DNA of 39,022 nt from Candidatus Bathyarchaeia archaeon. Lineage in GTDB: Archaea; Thermoproteota; Bathyarchaeia; Bathyarchaeales; Bathycorpusculaceae. Under the pieces are notes generated by a model that saw only the letters and a list, made by a program, of their open reading frames with translations, ran no database searches and had not been told where the DNA came from. Position 1 is the first letter of the stretch, and each line of letters opens with the position of its first letter. A program made the position numbers and the translations under genes. The DNA is taken from contig JBEKSS010000015.1 in NCBI GenBank assembly GCA_049516875.1, positions 1 through 39,022 of the forward strand. The letters run 5' to 3'. Positions 1 through 9,525 of the stretch are shown piece after piece.

Positions 1-335
1 ATTATTCCAACCAGCTTGTTATCCTTTATTACGGGAAGTCGTCGGATTCCTTTGTTGACCATTCTTCTGGCAGCTTCTTTTAGTGGAGCTTCTGGATCGA
101 TTACTCTGAGGGGTGTGGTCATTACCTCTGAAACTTTGATGTTTAGCGATTTTCTCTCCGCCAAGACTCTCCTTACGAAATCCCGTTCAGTGACGATCCC
201 TACAGGCGTATTTTTGTCCATGACCACCAAATCGCCTACGTTGTTTTGCGACATTAGGTCTGCGGCTTCAATAACAGTTTTGCTAGCGTCGATGGTTACA
301 ACATTCTTCGTCATGAAATCCTTGACTGTCGGCAT
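1..335 (-). CDS. CBS-domain protein (3' end runs off the window)
   Basis: Manual translation, absent from the ORF track: MPTVKDFMTKNVVTIDASKTVIEAADLMSQNNVGDLVVMDKNTPVGIVTERDFVRRV...RRLPVIKDNKLVGII, two tandem CBS motifs. Confidence 0.9.
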   Translation of the reverse strand, partial: MPTVKDFMTKNVVTIDASKTVIEAADLMSQNNVGDLVVMDKNTPVGIVTERDFVRRVLAERKSLNIKVSEVMTTPLRVIDPEAPLKEAARRMVNKGIRRLPVIKDNKLVGI

Positions 336-750
336 TACTTTTCAAATGTGTTTGATTGCATAAAAGTTTTTTGCATGCGCACATCTTCCTGTTCTAGATT
401 CTACCAAAATGCCAGTAAATTGCTCGCAAAAAGGGCGCAGAAAAATCCTTGTAGGCACAGCCTCTGGCACTGAAACCAAATGCCTACAGCTTTTGTTTTC
501 TAAACATCTGTAAGGAACCACAATAGTGGCTTGTTTTATTTGTTTCATCAAGATTGTTGCAATTTGACAGACAGATCCCCTTTGTCTCATAAGTCAAAGC
601 TTCAAGAACTTAAGCATGTATTGACGCAGGTGCTATTACAGGAAAAGAAAAAAAGAGGGAGTTGCGGGTGACATCGCCACTGCGGTGTAGCGCGCGCGTC
701 GTCTCGCGTTGCAGGCTTTCGGATTTCCTTCGTGTTAAGAATGAGAGGTT

Positions 751-1863
751 TTATGAAGCTGTGTCTGAGGAAGAGTAGGCTTCTTCCCCAGATTGGCTTA
801 AGTCAAGCCCCTGTTCCTCTTCTTCTGGTGTTACTCTCAGCTTAGAGAATCTGTTGACGATTTTTAGGAGCACGAACGATACGAAGAAGCTGGTTCGGAT
901 TTCCATAGAACAGCCCATTCGCGCCAGCAGAGTTCACTGTAATTGTTGCAAACAGGCCCGTGGCTATGGAGCCCCATATTCCGCTTACGCCGTGGCATGC
1001 AAAAACGTCGAGTGTATCATCCAGACGTGTGCGCGCTCGCCATGTCGAGACCAAGTTTGATAGGACCCCTGCGACCAGACCTATGACGATTGCTGAGGCA
1101 GGAGTGACAAAACCCGAAGCAGGGGTGATTCCTACGAGTCCGCAGACGGCGCCGATTGCAATTCCCGTTGCAGACGGCTTGCCCTTCACTAGGGTATCCA
1201 TGATCATCCAGCTGACTGCCGCGGCTGATGCTGACAAGTTAGTTACGACAAAAGCGCTTACGGCAATTGGGCTTGCAGACAAGGCACTGCCTGCGTTGAA
1301 ACCGAACCATCCGAACCACAATAGCGCTGCTCCCAAAATCACGTATGGGACATTGCTTGGTTTTCCCTCTATTTTCTCCCGCTTAATTCTCGGTCCCACG
1401 ACGATGGCTGCGGCCAAAGCGGTAACTCCGCGTAGACTATGGTTGACCAGAGTATGACAAAGATGAGCAGCGAACGAAACTTTATTCGTTCAGCGAACGC
1501 TCCCACGATCAACGCGGGCGTAATAGCCGCGAACATCAGTTCAAAAGCAAAGTAGAGCAGCTCCGTGATTCCAGGCGCATTATACTGCACGGGAAGAACT
1601 GTCGTCACGCCAACGTTGTTCAACAGCACTTTGTCTAGGTTTCCAATGTATCCGCCAATAGATGGACCGAAAGCAAGGCTGTAGCCCCAAAGGGTCCACA
1701 CCAAACCTACGACGGCGAAGATCGCAAAGCATTGCATTATCGTGTTGGAAAGGTTCTTTTTTCTAACAAGGCCCCCGTAGAAGAATCCCAAGGCAGGCGT
1801 CATAAGCATGACGAGCCCAGTAGCCATCAACACCCAAGACGTATCTCCCGCGTTTACCGACAT
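751..1863 (-). pseudogene. amtB: Ammonium transporter AmtB, disrupted by two internal deletions/frameshifts
   Basis: ORFs 1369-1884 (GDTSWVLMATGLVMLMTPALGFFYGGLVRKKN) and 842-1417 (LWFGWFGFNAGS, DDTLDVFACHGVSG), plus a C-terminus in another frame (LKIVNRFSKLRVTPEEEEQGLDLSQSGEEAY, stop 751-753). The conserved HWVWGGGW...DFAGG.VVH segment is missing at ~1430. Confidence 0.88.
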
Positions 1864-1953
1864 TTTCCTTCCTTCTCCAATCATTCCAGCCAGTGCAGAA
1901 ACTTTTTTGTGTCTCTATTTGTTATATATAGCTTTCGAGCGCGCTGCGCGCGC

Positions 1954-2115
1954 ACGGTCAAACTGAAGATTATGTCTTGAGTGCGGGATTGTCCGTATAT
2001 CCACAACCTTCTGAACACTATTCCCCTGTAAGAGACTAATGAAAACCTCCAACGTACGAGTCGAATGTCCGGCAGTAAGAATAGCATTCGCCGCTTCGAG
2101 CTCGACTTCATTCAT
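1954..2115 (-). pseudogene. DUF488-family N-terminal fragment truncated at a GCGCGC motif
   Basis: TAGHSTRTLEVFISLLQGNSVQKVVDIRTIPHSRHNLQFD matches the DUF488 N-terminus. Similarity stops at GCGCGCGC 1946-1953. Confidence 0.75.
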
Positions 2116-2414
2116 TGTATCTGCGCCCTTTACTTAGAGCCTATCAGTGACAAATACAGACAAGCGCGCGCGTTCCTCTTCTTGGGACACGTTCTCTCAA
2201 CCAGTATATTCTTTACGCCTTTTCTTTTTTGGCACAATCCGCTTCTGTGCGTCCTTCTCTGGGATGTATTCGCTTTGTTTCTCTTCATTCCCTTCATTGC
2301 TCATGTTTTCACTAGACTGTTCTATCTTCTTGGTTGTTCTATAAGTTTTCCGCTTTGTTAGAAGTTCGAAGGTTTTTATACACAATTGAAAGACATTAAC
2401 ATAGGGGCACACAG

Positions 2415-3007
2415 TTGGATAGATTTAGTGAAGTCATAGTTGGCGTGATAATAGGAGTTGTAACGGCAGTTATCGCTACCGCCCTCACTTTCTACCTTAG
2501 GGACTACTTGAAAGAAAAGGCAAAATTCAAAAAGTTTAAGGAGAAACTGGAACAGATTGCGGGCAAGAACGCTACAATTATTATCCCCGATATTGGTCAA
2601 GTCGAAATAACCGAAATCAATAAACAAGGAATAACGGTGAAAAATGAATTATGCACTACTTTCATACCGATGGAAAAATGCTTCGAACCAATATTGCTTT
2701 GCCCGTTGAGAACTACGAAGAATTACTAAAAATAACACTCAGAAAGAACGTTGAACAATCTCTTGACGCTGTTTTTCCCCCGCTCATGGAGAAGTTGAAA
2801 GAAGTCTTCGTGAGAGAATTTCTTAAGGATGATAGCGAAGTGAGTGCAATATTGGCTGTCAAGGTAAGAGGGGAAATGAAGGAGCAAGGCTATCAGGTCA
2901 AAGAATTATCAGAAGAGAAAAAAGTGACTTTCAGACAGATAGCGGAAAAAATGAATGAAGAAGAGAAGGATGGACAAAAATCCCAGCCAAAGGGAAAAAA
3001 GGCTTAG
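2415..3007 (+). pseudogene. Membrane-anchored hypothetical protein, frameshifted
   Basis: Overlapping ORFs 2415-2729 (N-terminal TM helix) and 2651-3007 join by a frameshift near the A-run at ~2673. Confidence 0.55.
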
Positions 3008-3411
3008 GGTGATAGTATCAGTCTCATAGAGCTAGTTATACTTGCTTTCGTAGGTTTGCTTATTGCGTTAGGTGCTAATACGCTGATTTGGTCAATTACA
3101 CGCAAAACGCAAAAGTCGTCCTCAATTAAACAGAAACAGATTATAATTTTCGCTTTGAGTCTGATAGCATACACATTGGCTTTGAGCATAATACTTTCTA
3201 TTCTTCCTAGATGATGCTTGACCTACTATCCACACGCCTTTGTCCTAGTCAGCACGCTTTAGAAAAAGGTCTGGCTCTAACTCAAAAATCAGTCTGAGTG
3301 AGCCTTCCTATTTTTATCTAGTCGTGCAGAACGCGCGCTTTGTCTTGGCGTCCTACAGTTCTGTGAAAATGTTTATTAAGTCTTAATATACACCTAAGCA
3401 CTTGACCAAGA

Positions 3412-3591
3412 ATGAAAGACGAACTAAAAGACGCCTGCATCAACGATCAATTGCCATGCACTACAATATCTCTACAAATCGGAGAAGAGAAAATCGTACG
3501 AATGCCTCATGCAAAATCCTTGAAAGATATCACATCAGAAGAGAGGAAGAAGGAGGCAAGCAAGCCAATCTACCTAGTTCGATACGAGTAG
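3412..3591 (+). CDS. Small hypothetical protein (59 aa)
   Basis: MKDELKDACINDQLPCTTISLQIGEEKIVRMPHAKSLKDITSEERKKEASKPIYLVRYE. An AT-rich TATA-like element lies upstream (~3366-3380) and GC motifs flank it at 3332 and 3619. Confidence 0.4.
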   Translation: MKDELKDACINDQLPCTTISLQIGEEKIVRMPHAKSLKDITSEERKKEASKPIYLVRYE

Positions 3592-3827
3592 ACTCTTGAT
3601 TCGTTCAGTTATTGATTAGCGCGCGCGCTTGTTTGTCAACACAAGTCCTATGGTCTGATATTGTATGCCTCAAGGAAGAAATTGTCAGTTAATGGTTCAA
3701 TGGCTATACCAAGATTCTTAACCATTGCTTTGAAGAGTTCGAGAAGCTTTTGATTTACTTCTTGGGTAGTTCGGGTTGGTCTCATTGCTATCTGGTGAAA
3801 CGCCATCAAAGTTCCAGCTGAGGCAGA

Positions 3828-4169
3828 CTACGATCTCCTCATGAAGGACACGTTGTGAATGATTACTAATAGAAAATAGAGGTCTGCCATTAGAACGGCA
3901 AAGTACGTCACCGTTAATAGCGCTCTCAAGAACCAACGGGAATCATCAGTTTTTCCTGTCAGGTAAACATCGAGTTTGTACAGCACTAGTGGAAAACCAA
4001 GAATGAGCACAAACTTGAGAGGAATCCACAAGTAAGGGTAGTCGACAGCAAAGGAGTTTGATTCAACTCCAGCTCTCAGGAAAGAGATGGTCTGAACCAA
4101 ATCTATCGCGTTTAGTAGGCTGAAGGTAACTAGCAAACTCGTCTTGAAAAGTGTCTTAAGCTTTTCCAT
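3828..4169 (-). CDS. Small multi-pass membrane protein (DUF5658-like, tentative)
   Basis: 113-aa ORF with 3 hydrophobic segments and an N..DL..T...L..G..E.N pattern. Confidence 0.65.
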   Translation of the reverse strand: MEKLKTLFKTSLLVTFSLLNAIDLVQTISFLRAGVESNSFAVDYPYLWIPLKFVLILGFPLVLYKLDVYLTGKTDDSRWFLRALLTVTYFAVLMADLYFLLVIIHNVSFMRRS

Positions 4170-4338
4170 AGAGGCCCGCCCTTACATACTGTGGTTTGTA
4201 ATAGCAGGGGGAAGCAGTAATAGAGGATTTCTCCATAGATGATATCTGATAGTTAAGCCATAACTAGATTGGAGAGGAGAATCATTGAGCGCGTGCTATG
4301 CTGTTTCTTAATTGTTCCTCGAACCGTGCAAAAGCTTC

Positions 4339-4526
4339 TAGCGCGCATGCCTGTTCCGAAAATGGTTAAAAATGGTTTTACTTCCGTTCTGCACACTTCT
4401 GCTTGTTCGAGAAGGCTGGTTGCCGCAAGGAATTCAGGAACAAATGCGAAGTCCAAAACTGTCCCCAAATCGCAAAAGGCGAATAAAAACCATTTTTGGC
4501 CAATTTAGGAACACACATGCGCGCTA
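4339..4526. mobile_element. MITE-like inverted-repeat element, copy 1 (188 bp)
   Basis: ~41-bp imperfect TIRs: TAGCGCGCATGCCTGTTCCGAAAATGGTTAAAAATGGTTTT versus reverse complement of the right end TAGCGCGCATGTGTGTTCCTAAATTGGCCAAAAATGGTTTT. The interior is homologous to 11408-11592. Confidence 0.85.
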
Positions 4527-4790
4527 TTAATTCAAATTCACAATTCTAGGAACCCAAACATGTTTTTCATTTCTCAGGTATTGAACAAACAGTAAAGCTT
4601 CTTCGTTGATCAAAGTTTCAATTTCCTGACGCTTACCCATCCTCACCCTTGAAACATCAACCTTGCTCTGAAAGAGCCGATTCAAGCTTTTGGCTAAACT
4701 GTTCGTCAAAGAATCATTAAGAAACTCTCTCTTACCCTTCCTATTACTTGAATAGTTTTCATACTTCATAACGAAATCGTTCTTGCCAAG
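4527..4790 (-). pseudogene. cas1: C-terminal remnant resembling stand-alone archaeal Cas1 (casposase-like) endonuclease
   Basis: KNDFVMKYENYSSNRKGKREFLNDSLT...FQSKVDVSRVRMGKRQEIETLINEEALLFVQYLRNEKHVWVPRI resembles, from recall, the C-terminus of Cas1 proteins annotated in Bathyarchaeia. Catalytic core absent; not verified by search. Confidence 0.62.
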
Positions 4791-4888
4791 TCTGAAGGAA
4801 CGCAAATTCTATGGAACCTACCATATTGCAGAAGTATACCGTGCCTGCGTGGCTATCGATGATGAAGAGGAGCCAGAGGCGCTCAATC

Positions 4889-4902
4889 TTAGCGCGCGCT
4901 AA
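4889..4902. repeat. Perfect 14-bp palindrome TTAGCGCGCGCTAA (full form of the junction motif)
   Basis: Read directly. It equals the two termini of the MITE-like elements fused with a GCGC overlap. Confidence 0.85.
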
Positions 4903-4990
4903 TCATCAAAGAAAAACCTTCCTGTCAGACAACGCTCAGGAAGGAGAGTAATAGATAAATTACCAATTGGAAGAACTAAGGTTGAGGCTT

Positions 4991-5899
4991 ATGGCCGCCA
5001 GGATTAGAAGACTTCAAGGCTCGGATCGGAACGACATAATAGAGATTTCGAGGCACGTGTGGGAGGGGCATGATTACCTGCCGTCTGTTGCAGACCAGTG
5101 GCTACAGGATCCGAACAGCCACTTCTACGGCGTAGAAGTTCAGGGCCACATCATGGCCGTGGGCAACATCGAGGTTATCGAAGACGGTCGAACAGGCTGG
5201 ATGGAAGGCCTCAGAGTGCACCCTGATTACAGGGGCAGAGGATTTGCAAAAGACATCACGCGGTACTTTGTTGAAAAAGCTGAAATGCTTGGTGTGCAGA
5301 GGCTCCGCTACACTACATCCAACAGGAACGTTGCCTCTCTCAAGCTTGCCAAGATGACCGGATTCACAAGAATCCTGAGAATGGCCGTTTGTTGGCAGTT
5401 CAAACCCAAACCGATGCCCGACTGCATAGACTATCCTCCAATAAGGAAGCAGAGTCCGAAAAGAGCGTGCAGCCTGCTTAGAACCGCGCCGAATATTGTC
5501 CCACACGGTATCCTAACCTACGATTGGAAGGCTCTGGACAACACCTCCAAAAACATTGAAGAGATTAGCAAGACCCACACGTTCTACATCGCTTTGAAAA
5601 ATGAAAAAGTGGACTCGCTGTCGTTTGGCCATCTGAGACAGGAACCAAGCCGGACGTGGAGCTTCACAACCTACGCCAATGATTCGCTCGGTTTTCTCTC
5701 TCAACTCTATCACAACGTGGCAATAGCCATGAATAAGGGTCTCAACTCAGTTGCATGCACACATGAAACGAAGTTTGTGAAAACTCTGAACGAGGTGGAC
5801 TCGGGATCAGCAGAACGCGAGGGAACTCAACTAGTCCTGCTCGAGAAACAGGTGGGTCTCCGAAAACGGCGTTCCTATGGTGACACGAAAATGCCTTGA
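4991..5899 (+). CDS. GNAT-family N-acetyltransferase
   Basis: GWMEGLRVHPDYRGRGFA motif A and N.ASLKLA.K.GF. ATG at 4991 chosen over TTG at 4967. Confidence 0.88.
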   Translation: MAARIRRLQGSDRNDIIEISRHVWEGHDYLPSVADQWLQDPNSHFYGVEVQGHIMAVGNIEVIEDGRTGWMEGLRVHPDYRGRGFAKDITRYFVEKAEMLGVQRLRYTTSNRNVASLKLAKMTGFTRILRMAVCWQFKPKPMPDCIDYPPIRKQSPKRACSLLRTAPNIVPHGILTYDWKALDNTSKNIEEISKTHTFYIALKNEKVDSLSFGHLRQEPSRTWSFTTYANDSLGFLSQLYHNVAIAMNKGLNSVACTHETKFVKTLNEVDSGSAEREGTQLVLLEKQVGLRKRRSYGDTKMP

Positions 5900-6023
5900 C
5901 CAGGACACCTCCGAGAGTATTTCGTCTCAGGCCGAAGTGCGCTTCAAGATCCTGTTCTGCAAAAGACTCAAGAGTTTCTCTGATCCAAAATGGTTCAGGA
6001 TACTAGAATCGAGTTGATTCGTA

Positions 6024-6347
6024 ATGAAAGAGTATATTCAGATATTCACAACGACTGGAAGAAGGGAAGATGCTGAAAGAATAGCGCAGGTCTTGACACA
6101 GAAGAGACTCGCAGGCTGCGTCCAAGTAATCGCCAACCTGTCGAGTACGTACTGGTGGAAAGGCAAGATCGAAAAGACCGAAGAATGCCTTTGTCTCATC
6201 AAGAGCGAAAAGACTCTCTATGAGCAGGTTGAGAAAGTCATCAAAGAAATCCATCCCTACGAAATACCAGAAATCACGGCTGTACCCATCGTGGCTGGAA
6301 GCAAAGAATACTTCAGATGGCTTGATCAGGAACTCAGAGCGCGCTAA
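6024..6347 (+). CDS. cutA: Divalent-cation tolerance protein CutA
   Basis: RLAGCVQV, STYWWKGKIEKTEE, IHPYEIPEI motifs. Its stop codon lies in the motif AGCGCGCTAA. Confidence 0.93.
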   Translation: MKEYIQIFTTTGRREDAERIAQVLTQKRLAGCVQVIANLSSTYWWKGKIEKTEECLCLIKSEKTLYEQVEKVIKEIHPYEIPEITAVPIVAGSKEYFRWLDQELRAR

Positions 6348-6408
6348 GCATATAAGGGGCTCAAGATTTACCTCCAGAAGCATGGAATAACGTCTGAGAG
6401 GTGGGCAC

Positions 6409-6915
6409 TTGAGCATCCAGTTGAATCCTATAGGCTTTGTAAAAACGAAGTTTGCTGGTGAAGAGATGAGAAATCAGCCAGTTGAGGAACTGGAAGCGGA
6501 TATTGAAATTCTCGACGAATACGCCGATGGTTTAGAAGCCATTGATGGTTTTTCTCATCTGCTAATTCTCTTTTACATGCACAACATCACCGCGGAAAAC
6601 AGAAAACGTCTCAAAATCAAGCCTAAAATCGTTGTCAGGTATGGACTGAACCTGGAAGAGGTCCCCTTGGTTGGAGTGTTCTGCTTGGACTCGCCTAACA
6701 GACCAAATCCTATAGGCTTGTCTGCAGTGAGACTACTATGGAGGAAGGACAAAATCCTTCATGTCAAAGGGATAGATGCTCTTAATGAAACGCCGGTACT
6801 AGACATCAAACCCTACTCTCCAGCAAGAAAAATCGAGAAATTCGAATTACCCGAATGGTACAAAAACATAATAGCCAAAGCAAGAGCAAAAGGCCACAAC
6901 ATAACCGATTTCTGA
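6409..6915 (+). CDS. tsaA: TsaA/TrmO (UPF0066) SAM-binding tRNA methyltransferase-like protein
   Basis: PIGFV, GL..IDGFSHL.ILFYMH, GVF..DSP.RPNPIGLS, GIDALNETPVLDIKPY. Confidence 0.88.
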   Translation: MSIQLNPIGFVKTKFAGEEMRNQPVEELEADIEILDEYADGLEAIDGFSHLLILFYMHNITAENRKRLKIKPKIVVRYGLNLEEVPLVGVFCLDSPNRPNPIGLSAVRLLWRKDKILHVKGIDALNETPVLDIKPYSPARKIEKFELPEWYKNIIAKARAKGHNITDF

Positions 6916-6968
6916 ATGGTCTTTAACCCGTCCAGAGCGCGCGAGATAACATCGGTATACAATGCGCG

Positions 6969-8231
6969 TTACCTATCATCTGTTTCCTTTTTCTCAAATG
7001 GCGCTATCATTCTTTCTAGCTTGTTCTCGTTGAGAAGACGGATCGCTTCCTTGAGTTCAACCTGTTCTGGAAGAACAAATATCTGAACAAGGTTGTCTCT
7101 CAATAGGTGAAACGGACCCTCACCCATACCCCCTGAAAGCACCGCGTCAACTTTTTCGTCTACTAAGAATTGAGCAGCACCTATTCCTTTCTTCATCGCT
7201 ATTCTCGCTGCTTTATTGACCTTGACATAGACATACTTTGTTTGGTTATTCTCCAGTTCTATGAAGACAAAAAAGGGTACATTGCCAAAATGAGCAGAAG
7301 TCCTTGATTCTGGTCCTTTGTCCTCTAACGTTGGAATGCCGACCTTGATTTTCTCTTTGTGTCCTGGTTCTACATGAATTGTAATTGATTCAATATCCTT
7401 GAATCGCTGTCTAATCTTCTCTTCGATCTCATCTGAAATCTCGTGTGCTTTCTCGAGACGAAGGTCTTCTTGCACCTCTATATGCATCTCTCCAAAGGAC
7501 ACAGGTCCGGACTTATGCAATCTAAGATCATGCACTCCCCTAACTCCTCTTACTCCCTCCGCTATTTCCTTCATTTCCCTGGCCTTTTGCGGACTCAAAC
7601 AAGCATCCATGAGAACCAACACCGCATCTTTTCCAAACCACAACCCCACTTTCATAACGTACAGCCCAATAGCCAAGCCCGCCAAAACCTCAGCCACCGG
7701 ATAACCTAGGCTGGCAAACAAGACACCTATGAAAACCAGCAATGAGGTATACACGTCTACGAGGGAATGCTGTCCTTCACCAACAAGTGACTGAGAGCCG
7801 ATAAGGCTTCCCACGTTCTTCTTGTACCGGCCAAGAAAGTGAGAGCCTAGCCCTGAAAAAGCGGCCACCGCGAGAACGACAGAAGGAAACAGGACGACGC
7901 TGGGCTCAAACAGTTTATCCACAGCCTCTCTCAGCATCAAAACACCTGATACAACGATCGTCACGGCGACTATCAGCAAGGCCAAGGTTTCTGCTTTGTA
8001 ATACCCGTATGGAAATCTTTCGGTAGGTTTTTTCTGAACTAGCTTGAGTCCAGCCCAGACTGCAATCGAGGAGAAGATGTCAGCAAAGGAATGAATCGAG
8101 TCTGCGAGTAATGCCACGCTCCCAGAGATCACCGACACTGTGCCTTTCAGAAGGCTGAACGCTAGGAGAACAGCTGCAGAAAGAATCGCGGCTCTTTCTC
8201 CTTTTCTAAAAAGCTGGTTCTTCTCGTTCAT
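6969..8231 (-). CDS. Cation diffusion facilitator transporter fused to a C-terminal NifB/NifX-like domain
   Basis: SGSVALLADSIHSFAD, FPYGYYKAETL, HSLVD and ZT-dimer ITIHVEP, followed by SAHFGNVPFF...GGMGEGP. Confidence 0.9.
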   Translation of the reverse strand: MNEKNQLFRKGERAAILSAAVLLAFSLLKGTVSVISGSVALLADSIHSFADIFSSIAVWAGLKLVQKKPTERFPYGYYKAETLALLIVAVTIVVSGVLMLREAVDKLFEPSVVLFPSVVLAVAAFSGLGSHFLGRYKKNVGSLIGSQSLVGEGQHSLVDVYTSLLVFIGVLFASLGYPVAEVLAGLAIGLYVMKVGLWFGKDAVLVLMDACLSPQKAREMKEIAEGVRGVRGVHDLRLHKSGPVSFGEMHIEVQEDLRLEKAHEISDEIEEKIRQRFKDIESITIHVEPGHKEKIKVGIPTLEDKGPESRTSAHFGNVPFFVFIELENNQTKYVYVKVNKAARIAMKKGIGAAQFLVDEKVDAVLSGGMGEGPFHLLRDNLVQIFVLPEQVELKEAIRLLNENKLERMIAPFEKKETDDR

Positions 8232-8260
8232 TCTAAAACCCAGCTCTTAGAGTTCTCATC

Positions 8261-8635
8261 CTAGTGATGGTGTGCGTGATGGCAGCCTTCGGTAAGCTCT
8301 TGAAGCTTGTCATCATTGAATGCAGCAATTACGTCTTTGACCGTATCTGCGTTCGCCTTCAGCACAGCTACTCCTGCTTCTTGGAAGCCACTCAAACCTC
8401 TTGGGCCCATTCCGTAGGTTATTATCGCGTTCGGTTTCCGCTCCAGAATGTGGTCGTGCATGTGTCCTTCGCCCCCAAAATGTTCGCCTTTGTTTTCCAG
8501 CGTCTCGACGTTTTCGACTTTTCCGTCCTTGTCCAAAGCCACAACAGCATAGAAAGGCGCTCTTCCGAAATGCTCCGCTATCCTAGCGTTCAAACCGTTG
8601 TTATCTGACACAGGTACGATTACTGTAGTTTTCAT
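8261..8635 (-). CDS. NifB/NifX-family (FeMo-co binding domain) protein
   Basis: IAEHFGRAPFY, IITYGMGPRG, His-rich C-terminus. Confidence 0.88.
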   Translation of the reverse strand: MKTTVIVPVSDNNGLNARIAEHFGRAPFYAVVALDKDGKVENVETLENKGEHFGGEGHMHDHILERKPNAIITYGMGPRGLSGFQEAGVAVLKANADTVKDVIAAFNDDKLQELTEGCHHAHHH

Positions 8636-8654
8636 TGCGTCACCTCCTTTTCCA

Positions 8655-9512
8655 CTACTTCTTCGCCTTCTGTTTCAGGAAATCTTCGATTTTCCTGACA
8701 ATTTCCATGAAGGACTTCGAAGCTGCAGAGTTTGGATGCTCGACGATGAATGGTTTCCCTCTGTCAGCATCCTCACAGATTTCTTGATCTATCAGAATGC
8801 TTCCAAGAAACGCGATATTCAATTCTTCAGATATCTTTCGCCCGCCGCCAGACTCGAATATGTCAGATTTTTTTCCACATTGAGGACAGATGAAGCCGCT
8901 CATGTTTTCGATGACGCCGATGATGGGCATTCCGAGCTGCCGAGCAAAGGTGACAGACTTCTTAACGACCACTTGTGAGACCTTGGAGGGAATTGTTACT
9001 ATTATGACGCCGTCCATTTCTGGTAATAGCTGAGCAATGCTTAGAGGTTCATCGCCTGTCCCGGGAGGAAGATCAATCAGCAGAATGTCCAAGTCTCCCC
9101 AGACTATCTCTGACAGAAACTGGCGAATCGCAGTCATCTTCAGCGGTCCACGCCAAATCACTGGCGCATTTTCATCAGGCAGTAGGAAGTCCATTGAAAC
9201 AACTTTTATCCCTAACGTGCCTGAGGCTGGAAAGGCTCCAGACGGGCCCACTTGGAGTCTTTGGCCTGTCAGTCCGAGCATTCTCGGTACGCTGGGGCCA
9301 TGTATGTCTGCGTCAAGAATCCCGATTCGGTCGGCGTGTCCGTGCATCGCGAGGGCCACGGCCAGGTTCACTGCTACCGTGCTTTTGCCCACGCCTCCTT
9401 TGCCGCTTATCACGGCTATTTTATGTCTGACCTTGCTCATTTTGGCTCTGAGCTTCTGCTCCTGGTTCGAAAACTGTTTTGCTCTCTCTGTAACTTCCTG
9501 CATACTTGTCAA
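8655..9512 (-). CDS. mrp: Mrp/NBP35 Fe-S cluster carrier ATPase
   Basis: SGKGGVGKST, DADIHGPS, VIWRGP, DLPPGTGD, ENMSGFICPQC. Start is TTG 9512 or ATG 9503. Confidence 0.93.
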   Translation of the reverse strand: MTSMQEVTERAKQFSNQEQKLRAKMSKVRHKIAVISGKGGVGKSTVAVNLAVALAMHGHADRIGILDADIHGPSVPRMLGLTGQRLQVGPSGAFPASGTLGIKVVSMDFLLPDENAPVIWRGPLKMTAIRQFLSEIVWGDLDILLIDLPPGTGDEPLSIAQLLPEMDGVIIVTIPSKVSQVVVKKSVTFARQLGMPIIGVIENMSGFICPQCGKKSDIFESGGGRKISEELNIAFLGSILIDQEICEDADRGKPFIVEHPNSAASKSFMEIVRKIEDFLKQKAKK

Positions 9513-9525
9513 TTCGAAAACTCCT

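Noticed and set aside
1031-1036. GCGCGC hexamers within amtB and DUF1801 (38827) as junctions
   Set aside because: They lie inside continuous coding homology, and a few hexamers are expected by chance.
4253-4508. ORFs inside the MITE-like elements (also 17690-17947) as transposases
   Set aside because: Too short, no DDE/HUH motifs, and not conserved as ORFs between copies.
6969-8635. Nitrogen fixation genes
   Set aside because: Only NifB/NifX-like domains, which are widespread in non-diazotrophs; no nifHDK.
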